Source: Candidatus Latescibacterota bacterium (GTDB lineage: Bacteria; Latescibacterota; UBA2968; GCA-2709665). Taken from it: a DNA stretch of 64,000 nucleotides. This document shows positions 8,697-18,100 of this stretch, piece after piece. The stretch lies in the NCBI GenBank assembly GCA_965219995.1, contig CBDCOX010000002.1:1120001-1184000 (forward strand). The letters run 5' to 3'. The position numbers and the translations under genes are program-made. Position 1 is the stretch's first letter, and every line of letters starts with the position of its first letter. The notes under the pieces were generated by a model. It searched no databases. It was not told the origin of the DNA and worked only from the letters and a program-made list of their open reading frames with translations.

Positions 8697-10931
8697 TCAA
8701 TCCTTTCCCGAGTCGTCTTTGCCCCCGCCGACAGCCATCACCGCCGTCGTCTCCTTCTGCTGATTCACCAGGCGGTGAAAGATACCCCGACGTGACATCA
8801 ACTCCAGATGGGTCCCCACTTCCGCCACCCGGCCGTCGTCCAGGACGATGAGCCGGTCCGCACTGCGAAGCGTGGAGAGACGGTGCGCGATGGCGAATGT
8901 CGTACGGCCCTCGACCAGCCGTGAGATCGCCGTTTGGATCTTTCGCTCCGTCCGGGTATCCAGCGACGAGGTCGCTTCATCCAGAATCAGAATTCTCGGA
9001 TCGTGAAGGATCGCGCGGGCGATGGATATCCGCTGCTTCTCACCGCCTGAGAGGTTCCCTCCTTTCTCTCCCACCTTCATATCGTATCCATCCGGCTTGC
9101 CGACGATGAACTCGTGGGCTTCGGCAGCGACCGCCGCCTGAACGACCTCGCCGAACGTTGCGTCCTGCTTGCCGTAGGCGATATTCTCGGTAATCGTTCC
9201 GTCAAATAGAAAGGGCTCCTGCTGAACCATTCCGATCTGCGACCTCAGGTCTGTCAGGCGGACCTCCCTCGTGTCCAACCCGTCGATCTCGATGCGCCCG
9301 CGGTCCGGGTCGTAGAACCTGCAGATCAGATTGATCAAGGTGGATTTGCCCGCGCCCGACCTGCCCACGAGCCCGATCATCTCACCGGGTCTGACGGACA
9401 GGTCTATCCCTTTCAGGACCGGTTTTCCCGGGTCATACCCGAAATCCACATCCTGGAACACAATCCGTCCCTCCATGCGCGGCAACGGCGAGGCATCCGC
9501 CGATTCGTAAGGTTCCGAGCCTGAATCCACGACCTCGAAAATCCGCTCTGCGCCGGCAAACGCACGCAGGACAATATTGTAGAGTTCGCCAAACCACCGC
9601 AGCGGCTGGTATAACATCCACAGATAGCTGATGAAGGCAACCAGCGCCCCCAGCGTCATCTCCCCACGAAGGATCTGACGACCACCAAAATACCAGACCA
9701 GAAATACACCCCAACTCATCATAAAATTCGTGACGGTAAAAAAGACGAACCAGTTCCGTTCGCTCGCCACAACCACGGCGCGCAGATCCTCATTCCGCCG
9801 GTCGAACCTGTCGCTTTCCCTGGTCTCCTGTGCAAACGCCTTCACAACCCTGATGCCGGTAATAGATTCACTCAAGTGTGCCGAGAGCCGCGACCACTTG
9901 ACGCCCCAACGCGTCCAATAGCCCATCATTCGCTTCCAGATGCGGCTTCCGACCACGACGATCGGCGGGACCGGCAACAGGACCAACAGGGTAAGTTCCC
10001 AATTTGTTACCAGCAGAAGGCCCAGAATTCCTGTAAACAGGAGCAGCCGGGAAAGGAAATAGGGAAGATCTGACGCCAGAAAACCCTCCAGTCTGTCCGA
10101 ATCGTTCGACATCCTGGAGATGAGACTGCCTACGGTTCGGCGATCGTAGAACCGCAATGGCAGAAACAGCAGTTTCCGGTAGAGATCCGACCGGATGTCC
10201 TGCACACCTCCGTGCCCCATTCGCTGGGCCAGCCATTCCAGGACCACCGATGCGGCCCACAACGACAGTTGCACTCCCAGAAGTCCGAGCACCAGCAGGA
10301 TCAGGAGGTTGAAATCGCTTCCCGGCACAAGCGCGTCATCGATGATGTGCTGTGTGATTCTGGGCGGCAGCAGTTCCAACGCGGTCGTCAGCAACGTCAA
10401 CAGTACGACGGAGATCAACCGCCACGGGCGGGCCATCAGATACCGCAGCAGGCGACGCAGCGTATGCCATTTCCGGATGCATGCCGCGCAGACGCCGTCC
10501 TTCTCCGGCAACAGGCGGCCGCACCTGTCGCACCGTGACCGCTCCACCCGTTCCGGCAGCGATAGTTCCTCTGCCTCGGACAACTGCCGGATGCCCTCGG
10601 CTACCTCGGAGAATTTCGGCATCAATGACTGTGAAAACGGCACATAAATCGGCTCCGCTCCCCGCCGTTCCACGGTCAGTCGGCCGCCTCCCACCAACGC
10701 GTCTATCCCGGCGCCCGTTACGTCTTCCATACGCACTACGACGATGCCGCTCTCGCTCTCGCAAGGAATCAATAGCAATCGGGTTTCCGTCACCAGCAGC
10801 CATTGCCGGCCGTAATGCCAATCGGGCGACAGATCCGACGACACCTGCACGAGCGTGGGCTCGTCGTTCAGTCCTCGTGCACCGAGGTGTTCCAGCACGG
10901 CTTCCGGCAGGGGTTCTCTAAACGCCTGCAT
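8697..10931 (-). CDS. Exporter-fold ABC transporter (TMD+NBD) with N-terminal PH-like and Zn-ribbon extension
   Basis: GRSGAGKST, LSGGEKQR, ILDEATS, AHRLST; 6-TM region; CDRC-x10-CAAC. ATG 10931 has a GGAG SD; the longer 10973 start lies in a repeat remnant. Confidence 0.92.
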   Translation of the reverse strand: MQAFREPLPEAVLEHLGARGLNDEPTLVQVSSDLSPDWHYGRQWLLVTETRLLLIPCESESGIVVVRMEDVTGAGIDALVGGGRLTVERRGAEPIYVPFSQSLMPKFSEVAEGIRQLSEAEELSLPERVERSRCDRCGRLLPEKDGVCAACIRKWHTLRRLLRYLMARPWRLISVVLLTLLTTALELLPPRITQHIIDDALVPGSDFNLLILLVLGLLGVQLSLWAASVVLEWLAQRMGHGGVQDIRSDLYRKLLFLPLRFYDRRTVGSLISRMSNDSDRLEGFLASDLPYFLSRLLLFTGILGLLLVTNWELTLLVLLPVPPIVVVGSRIWKRMMGYWTRWGVKWSRLSAHLSESITGIRVVKAFAQETRESDRFDRRNEDLRAVVVASERNWFVFFTVTNFMMSWGVFLVWYFGGRQILRGEMTLGALVAFISYLWMLYQPLRWFGELYNIVLRAFAGAERIFEVVDSGSEPYESADASPLPRMEGRIVFQDVDFGYDPGKPVLKGIDLSVRPGEMIGLVGRSGAGKSTLINLICRFYDPDRGRIEIDGLDTREVRLTDLRSQIGMVQQEPFLFDGTITENIAYGKQDATFGEVVQAAVAAEAHEFIVGKPDGYDMKVGEKGGNLSGGEKQRISIARAILHDPRILILDEATSSLDTRTERKIQTAISRLVEGRTTFAIAHRLSTLRSADRLIVLDDGRVAEVGTHLELMSRRGIFHRLVNQQKETTAVMAVGGGKDDSGKD

Positions 10932-10946
10932 TTCCACTCCAGCTCC

Positions 10947-10980
10947 TGTCCTGTCCCAAAAAACCCTCACCACTCTTCCG
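10947..10980. mobile_element. MITE remnant (one end only)
   Basis: TGTCCTGTCCCAAAAAACCCTCACCACTCTTCCG matches the same end of the elements at 28420, 46335 (reverse) and 56561. Confidence 0.75.
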
Positions 10981-11005
10981 CATCGCGGTTTTTGTCTAAT
11001 TAAGG

Positions 11006-13234
11006 CTAAGCCTTCACGGCGATGATTTCCGACACCTCCTGTTGCAACTTCACCAGATTGAAGAACACGCCCTGTCTGGAGAGCAATTCTCCGTGCGTTC
11101 CGACTTCCACAATCCGCCCGTCTTCCAGTACAACAAGCCGGTCCGCATTCCGAAGCGTGGAGAGCCTGTGCGCGATTGCGAACGTCGTCCGTCCGCGCAC
11201 CAGTCGCGACACCGCTTCCTGAATCTGGACCTCCGTCTGAACGTCCACGCTGGACGTCGCCTCGTCCAGAATCAGGATCCGGGGATCGTGCAGAATCGCC
11301 CGGGCAAGGGACACCCGTTGCCGTTCACCTCCGGACAGGTTTCCGCCCCGCTCCCCGACCTCTGAATCATATCCGTCGTCTCTCGCAACGATAAAGTCGT
11401 GCGCATTGGCCGCCTTCGCCGCCTCGATGATCTCGTGGAGGCTCGCGCCCGGTTTTCCATACCCGATATTCTCCGCGACGGTTCCGGTAAACAGAAACGG
11501 CTCCTGGAGTACAATGCCGATTTGCGCCCGCAGATCTTCCAGCCGGATCTTCCGGATATCGACCCCGTCGATTTCGATCCCTCCGCTGTCCACGTCGTAG
11601 AACCTGCAGATCAGATTCACCGTGGTGGTCTTTCCCACGCCCGATCTGCCGACAAGCCCGACCATTTCGCCGGTCTTGACATCGAGGTCGATCTCGTGCA
11701 GCACGGGTTTGGACTTATCGTACCCGAAGGTCACGTCCCTGAACCGAACGTGTCCCCTCATTTCGGGCATCGGGGTCGCGCCGGGGTCCTCATAGGCTTC
11801 CGGCGGCGTATCGGTGATCTCGAAGATGCGCTCGGCCCCCGCAAAGGCCCGGGTCATCCAGTTATTGACCATTCCGAACCACTGCAGGGGTCCGTAGAGC
11901 AGCCACATATAGCCGTAAAACGCCATCAACGTACCCAGTGTCAAACGGCCCCCCAGCACCTCCTGACCGCCAAAGAACCAGACGATCAATACGCCCAGAC
12001 CGGCCAGAAAATTCGTTGTGGCCGCAAATACGGCCCAGCTTGTTTCCGCCCGAACCGCCCGCCCCGTGAGTTTCCGGTTGATCTTCTCGAACGCCCCGAT
12101 CTCGCGCTTCTCCTGCGCGAACGCCTTCACCACGCGAATGCCCGACAGGGCCTCGTTGACGCGGCCTGTCAATTCCGACCAGCTTCTGAACCATCTGGCG
12201 TAGAACCTTCGCATCCTCCTCCAGCAGAATACCGCGCCCAGCACGACCAGCGGCGCGGGGATGATTACGTAGACGGTCAACTGCCAGTGCATCGCCAGAA
12301 GGGCCGCCAATATGCCCACAAGCGTAAGGCTGTTGATGACGAGATAGGGCAATCCGTCCACCAGGAAATCTTCCAACCGACCGCTGTCCCGGGTCACACG
12401 GGACATCAATGCGCCGACCTGGCGATTGTCGTAAAACTGAAGCGACAGCAACTCAAGGCGCCGGTAGAGCTGACTTCGAATGTCCGCCGTCATTCTGGCG
12501 CCCAGCCAGGTCACCGTCCATCCATGAAGCCATTCCGCCCCCCAGGTCAACGTCCGCACGCCCACCAGCGCAAGCACAAGCAGCATCAGCCGGTCCAGCC
12601 GATCGCTGTACGCCGGTGACTCTCCCGTTACCAGAACGTCATCCACGATCAGCCGGGTAATCTGAGGCGGGATCAATTCGGCCGCCGTTGTCAACACCGA
12701 CGCAAACGCAAGCAGCGCGGCACGGCCCCTATAGGGCCTCATATAACTGGCGATCCGGGCCAGCGTATCCATCCGATTCATGCAGGCAGGGCAGATTCCG
12801 TTCTTCTCGGGCAGTAGGCGGTCGCACGTTTCGCATCGGGTTCTGTCCAGAGACATGCGAACGTTCGGCGTCCGGGCATTCGTGAGTTGCTCGATCCCAC
12901 GGGCCACTTCCGAAAACTTCTGGGCCTGGGTCTGAGAATAGGGCACGCAAACCAACGGGTGCGCCGCTCGCTCGATTTCCAGGTATGCGCCTCCCACCAG
13001 CGCTTCCGTACGAGCGCCGACCACGTCCTTCAATGGAATCTCGACCACGCCGTGTATGCCGCGCTCGTCCAGCACGAGGATCCTTCGTTCCGTCACGACC
13101 AGCCACTGAGCGCCGAAATTCCCCGCCGCATCCAGGTCCGAACACACCCGAATCAACGGGTTTTCGGTGTCTTGCAGCATCGAACTGCAGCGAGCCAGGA
13201 TTCCGGTAGACGGTGTTTCAAGCAATGTGTCCAT
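11006..13234 (-). CDS. Exporter-fold ABC transporter (TMD+NBD) with N-terminal PH-like and Zn-ribbon extension
   Basis: GRSGVGKTT, LSGGERQR, ILDEATS, AHRLST; CETC-x10-CPAC; paralog of the adjacent gene. Confidence 0.92.
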   Translation of the reverse strand: MDTLLETPSTGILARCSSMLQDTENPLIRVCSDLDAAGNFGAQWLVVTERRILVLDERGIHGVVEIPLKDVVGARTEALVGGAYLEIERAAHPLVCVPYSQTQAQKFSEVARGIEQLTNARTPNVRMSLDRTRCETCDRLLPEKNGICPACMNRMDTLARIASYMRPYRGRAALLAFASVLTTAAELIPPQITRLIVDDVLVTGESPAYSDRLDRLMLLVLALVGVRTLTWGAEWLHGWTVTWLGARMTADIRSQLYRRLELLSLQFYDNRQVGALMSRVTRDSGRLEDFLVDGLPYLVINSLTLVGILAALLAMHWQLTVYVIIPAPLVVLGAVFCWRRMRRFYARWFRSWSELTGRVNEALSGIRVVKAFAQEKREIGAFEKINRKLTGRAVRAETSWAVFAATTNFLAGLGVLIVWFFGGQEVLGGRLTLGTLMAFYGYMWLLYGPLQWFGMVNNWMTRAFAGAERIFEITDTPPEAYEDPGATPMPEMRGHVRFRDVTFGYDKSKPVLHEIDLDVKTGEMVGLVGRSGVGKTTTVNLICRFYDVDSGGIEIDGVDIRKIRLEDLRAQIGIVLQEPFLFTGTVAENIGYGKPGASLHEIIEAAKAANAHDFIVARDDGYDSEVGERGGNLSGGERQRVSLARAILHDPRILILDEATSSVDVQTEVQIQEAVSRLVRGRTTFAIAHRLSTLRNADRLVVLEDGRIVEVGTHGELLSRQGVFFNLVKLQQEVSEIIAVKA

Positions 13235-13367
13235 ATCGCTCGACTTCGCAGATATTCACCCAAAAACGCCATCGACTGGCGAATGGCGACATCCAGATAC
13301 ACGCGTGACACGTCCGGCGGGCGGCAGCAGCGTCAATCGGTTGGCACGATTCGCCTTTCCCGCAGGT

Positions 13368-14012
13368 TCACTTCTGAAGTTCCAGCCTGCCCCACAGGCT
13401 CGGATCGTACGATACCGGAAGCGGCTTGTCGGCGGTCCAGAATTGTCGTCCCTGTTTCCGGTCCTGGAGCAGATAGGTGAATCCGAACAGGCGGTTTTCT
13501 TCCGGGTCGAACCCTGTCAACGCTTCCGCCGGCAAATGGACCTCCATCCTGTATCCGGTTCCGGATGCATCGCTGGCCACCTTCAACTCGGAAGGGTCGC
13601 GAAGCTTCGAATGTGCTCGGGCCCTGCGGATTGCCACCTGACCTCCTCTCGCCTTCCGGTTTCCCGAACCGGGCAGGAAATAGAAGTGGTGGCAGTACCG
13701 GCTCGCCCGGTGCGCGTTCCGGACGTCGCGGGTATCCACCCATACCTGCAAGCCATCCCCCTGTAACGGACTTCGTTCGTCCACCTTCGCGGCCGCTGCC
13801 TTTTTCACGTCTGCTGCGAAATAGAGACCGCGTTCGTTCCAGGCAGCGTATATGTCGGCAAACGCCTCCCGTCCCTCCAGTGCCGTAAGGTCCGGAATCC
13901 GGTACTGCGCGCCCCAGTCGTTCAAGTCTCCGTCGATGACCGGTGGATCTTTGCGGTACGGGCACGTCCACGCGAAACTGAAGAAGGCGCGACTGGGGAT
14001 TTTCAGATTCAT
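13368..14012 (-). CDS. CBM9/DOMON-like sugar-binding domain protein
   Basis: PVIDGDLNDW, AAWNERGLYFA, GDGLQVWVD, GYRMEVHLP, PSLWGRLEL; no signal peptide. Confidence 0.75.
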   Translation of the reverse strand: MNLKIPSRAFFSFAWTCPYRKDPPVIDGDLNDWGAQYRIPDLTALEGREAFADIYAAWNERGLYFAADVKKAAAAKVDERSPLQGDGLQVWVDTRDVRNAHRASRYCHHFYFLPGSGNRKARGGQVAIRRARAHSKLRDPSELKVASDASGTGYRMEVHLPAEALTGFDPEENRLFGFTYLLQDRKQGRQFWTADKPLPVSYDPSLWGRLELQK

Positions 14013-14017
14013 CGGAC

Positions 14018-15070
14018 CTACTCTCCGGCCGGCAACACCAGGTTGCCCGCTTTCTGTACGACCGCCGAATTCTCCATTGTGTTTCCCTGGAGGAGAATCG
14101 GCCGGTTCGTACCGGTCTGGTCGTTGACGACCAGGTCGACATTCCGGAAGTGATTTCCGGTAACCGCCATGCCCGCGCCGGTAAGCCAGAGTGGCAATCG
14201 CTGTGCCCGGTCCGGCCCACGGATCACGTTTCCTGAAACGGTCGAATCAAGTCCGCGCACATCCATCGCCAATCCCAGATCCCCTCCATCGTCGACCATC
14301 ACGACATTGCCCGATACCACATGACCCTCGGAATCTGCCCAGGACCGGAAGGCGATATCCAGGTCGCCGCCGTCAAGCACATGCACCACGTTGTTCGCCA
14401 TAACGATCGAATCTCCCCCATCGGATCCAACCGCAACGTGCGTTCGACCAGTTATCTCAACGAAATTGCCCGTGACGAATCCCGGACCGCCCAGGAGTTC
14501 CACGGCGTCTGAATTCGCATTGCCCAGACGGTTGTTGACGACCCGCATGTTGGGCCCCTGCAGCATGATGCCCAGGCGCCGTGAATTCAGTACCGTGCAA
14601 TTTTCAATTGTGATATTGTGGGTCGGTCGTGGACAGGAGCCGCCGGGTTCCGCGCAGAATGCCTTGATGCCGTTGTATTCGAACCGACCGTGGGAGACAT
14701 TCAGAAACTCAGCGCCGTCATACGGATTCTGATCTCGATTCTGGTCCACCCAGAGATCCCGTATTGTGATATTTCCCACGCCGTTTCCTATGATGCGAAT
14801 TACGTTCGTATTCTGTCCGGGCGCCAGAATCAGCCGTGTTGCCGCGCCCTGTCCTGCCAGCGTCACATTGCTGCGGTCGATGATCAACCCGCCGAGCGAA
14901 CCCTCCACCTTGCGGATATCATAGACGCCGTCCATCAGGTTCACCGTGCCGCCCGAGGGCGGAAGCGCGCGAATCGCCGCGTAGATTTCCTCCTGATCGC
15001 CGCACCCGTCGCCGACGAAATCGGCTGCGGCCCTGGACTTGTGAGACGAATCTCGGGTTGCGACGACCAT
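14018..15070 (-). CDS. Right-handed parallel beta-helix protein (pectin-lyase-like)
   Basis: AAIRALPPSGGTVNLMDGVY cap, NVTLAGQG, periodic N-x-V/I rungs; SD GAGGAGG; no signal peptide. Confidence 0.8.
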   Translation of the reverse strand: MVVATRDSSHKSRAAADFVGDGCGDQEEIYAAIRALPPSGGTVNLMDGVYDIRKVEGSLGGLIIDRSNVTLAGQGAATRLILAPGQNTNVIRIIGNGVGNITIRDLWVDQNRDQNPYDGAEFLNVSHGRFEYNGIKAFCAEPGGSCPRPTHNITIENCTVLNSRRLGIMLQGPNMRVVNNRLGNANSDAVELLGGPGFVTGNFVEITGRTHVAVGSDGGDSIVMANNVVHVLDGGDLDIAFRSWADSEGHVVSGNVVMVDDGGDLGLAMDVRGLDSTVSGNVIRGPDRAQRLPLWLTGAGMAVTGNHFRNVDLVVNDQTGTNRPILLQGNTMENSAVVQKAGNLVLPAGE

Positions 15071-15167
15071 CGTTTCCCTCCTCGTGAAGAAGGCGAAGAG
15101 CCCTGATCAGGTCCTGTTGCCGCGCGGTTTGGACCTCTTGCCTCTCGAATGAGAACGCACGGCCGAG

Positions 15168-18100
15168 TCAGTCGGGTATCTCCGGCGCACGCGGCAAACC
15201 CGAATTGCCCGGGTCCAGCAATTCCTTCAGAAAACGGCCCGTATGCGACGCATCGACCTGAGCCACTTCCTCAGGTGTGCCTTCCGCGACCAGGTACCCG
15301 CCATTTTCACCGCCATCCGGCCCGAGGTCGATGATCCAGTCCGCCGTCCTGATGACATCGAGATTGTGCTCGATGACGATAACCGTATTGCCGGCGTCTA
15401 CAATCCGGTTCAATACGTCGAGCAGTCTGGCCACGTCGGCAACGTGCAATCCGGTGGTGGGCTCATCCAGCAGATACACGGTCTTGCCGGTATTCGGCCG
15501 GGCGAGTTCTCTGGCGAGTTTGACCCGTTGCGCTTCTCCGCCCGACAGGGTGGTGGACGCCTGCCCCATCCTGATATATCCCAATCCTACGTCCGCCAGC
15601 GTCTTGAGCGTGCGACGGATACCCGGCACGTTTTCGAATTGCCGCAGCGCCTCGTCTACCGTCATCTCCAGCACGTCGGCAATCGACCGGCCCTTGTAAA
15701 GTACGTTCACCACATCCCGGTTGTACCGTTTCCCGTGACAATCCTCGCAGGTAACCCAGACATCGGGAAGAAAATGCATTTCGATGCACCTCGATCCCAG
15801 GCCCTTGCAGGCCTCGCACCGGCCCTTCCGGTGATTGAAGCTGAAGTGCCCCGGGGAAAACCCCCGGATTCGCGCATCGGGCAACTGTGCGTAAAGTTTC
15901 CGAACCCTGTCGAACACCTTGACGTAGGTCGCCGGGTTGCTGCGCGGCGAAAAACCGATCGGGGACTGATCGATATTGATCACCTTGTCGATGCCATCCA
16001 TCCCCCGGACGTCGTCGTGATCTCCGGTAACCCCATGGACGCCATTCAACCTCGCCGCCAGCGCCCCGTAGAGGACGTCGTTCACAAGCGAAGACTTTCC
16101 CGAACCCGACACGCCGGTGACGCCGATCAGCATCCCCAGCGGAAATCTCACGTTCAGATCCCTCAGATTGTTGTGACGGGCGCCCACCACCTCCACGCAC
16201 CCTTTCAGTGCCAATCTCCGAGGCGGCGAGGCAATGGCCAGCCTGCCCGCCAGATACTTCGCCGTCAGGGAACCGTTCTCCGTGCTCAGGCGTTTCGGAT
16301 GCCCCTCCGCAACCAGCATTCCTCCGCGGGACCCCGCGCCGGGTCCGAAATCCACGATGTGGTCTGCGGTTTCCAGCGTTTCGCGGTCGTGCTCGACCAC
16401 GACGAGGGTATTGCCGAGGTCCCGCAACCGGGCCAGCGCGGCAAGCAACCGGCGATTGTCCCGCTGATGGAGTCCGATGGTAGGTTCATCCAGCACGTAG
16501 AGCACACCGGTCAGCCCCGACCCGATCTGGCTGGCCAGGCGGATCCGCTGCGCCTCGCCGCCGGACAACGTGGGCGCCCTTCGCGAGAGCGACAGGTAAC
16601 CCAACCCGACTTCATGCAGGAACCGCATTCTGACACGGATTTCCTGGATGACCTCTCCGACTGCGTCCAATTCCGGGCCGGTCAGTTCCAGATCTTCAAG
16701 CCAGCGCCTTGACAATTCGATGGGCAGATCGACCAATTCGCAGAGTGTGGTACCGCTCAAACGGACGGCGGCGCTTTCCGGCTTGAGGCGCGCGCCTTTG
16801 CACGCAAGGCACGGCACGTCTTCCACCAATTCTCCCAATTTCTCGCGAAACCGCGGGGACAGCCTTACCAGTTCCTCAAGCGAATTGAACAGTCCCTTGT
16901 ATCTGAAACGCAGGCCGTCAGCATGCGAAAGCCATCGTTCTCCCGTTCCGTAAAGCAGAACTTCCATTGCCGATTGAGACATCTGTACGACCGGCGTCTC
17001 GAGGTCGAATGCACCGGCATCGCCTACCGCACGCATTATCGCCGCCAACGGACCGCCTTTCAGTCTGCCGAGAACCGGCACGGCCCCTTCGGCCAGGGAC
17101 TTCCGGGGGTCCGGAATCAGCGTATTCTTTCCCATCCCCTTCTGGGTTCCGAGTCCCTCGCACGAGTCACACCAGCCTTCATGGTTGTTGAACGAAAGGT
17201 GCTGCGGGGTTATTTCGTCGAAACTCCTCCCACATTTCGGGCAGGACAGAACCTGGCTGAATCTGGTTTCCTCAACATCGTCCGGGGACGCCACGATGAC
17301 CACACCGCCTGACAACTCCAGGGCTTTTTCAATCGAGTCCGCAATGCGCTTGCGCACGCCGGGTTTGAGCGTGACGCGATCCACCAGAATCTCAAGGCTG
17401 TGCGACTGACGATAGTCGATCTCGGCTGGCGTTTTCAGCTCGAACACCTCGCCGTCCAGCCGGCCCCTGAGGTATCCCGCCCGCGAGGCCCTGGTGATCA
17501 AGACGTCGTAATCCTCACCTCTGCCCGGCCGCTGCGGGCTCAGCAGATAGATGCGTCTTCCGGAAGGCATTCTCAGAATCCGGTCGACGATTTCCTGAAT
17601 GTCCAGCGCCCCCGCCTGCACGCGGCAATCCGGACAATAGACCTTTCCGACCAGCGCGAACAGCGCCCGCAGGTAGTCATATACCTCCGTTACCGTGCCG
17701 ACGGTGGAGCGGGGATTCCTGCTGGCCGCTTTCTGCTCGATGGCGATGGCGGGCGACAACCCGGTCACTCGCTCGACCTTCGGCTTGGGCAGTTGCCCCA
17801 GGAACTGCCGTGCGTATGCCGACAAAGACTCGACATATCGCCGCTGACCCTCGGCGAATACCGTGTCCAGCGCCAGCGAAGACTTGCCGGATCCCGATAC
17901 GCCCGATACGACGGTCAGTTTCTCCCGTGGAATCCGCACATCCACGTTCCGAAGATTGTTCTCCCGGGCGCCGGCGACCTGGATTTCACGAATCAGCCCC
18001 CTGTCCCGGCCTCGAAGCTCCGATGCGCCGTCGTGCCGGACCGGATCGAAGCCCTGCCGCAACGCCGGACGCAGAGACCGGCCGGTGAAAGATCGTCTTG

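Noticed and set aside
14018-15070. Beta-helix protein as a prophage tailspike
   Set aside because: No phage structural, integrase or lysis genes in the window
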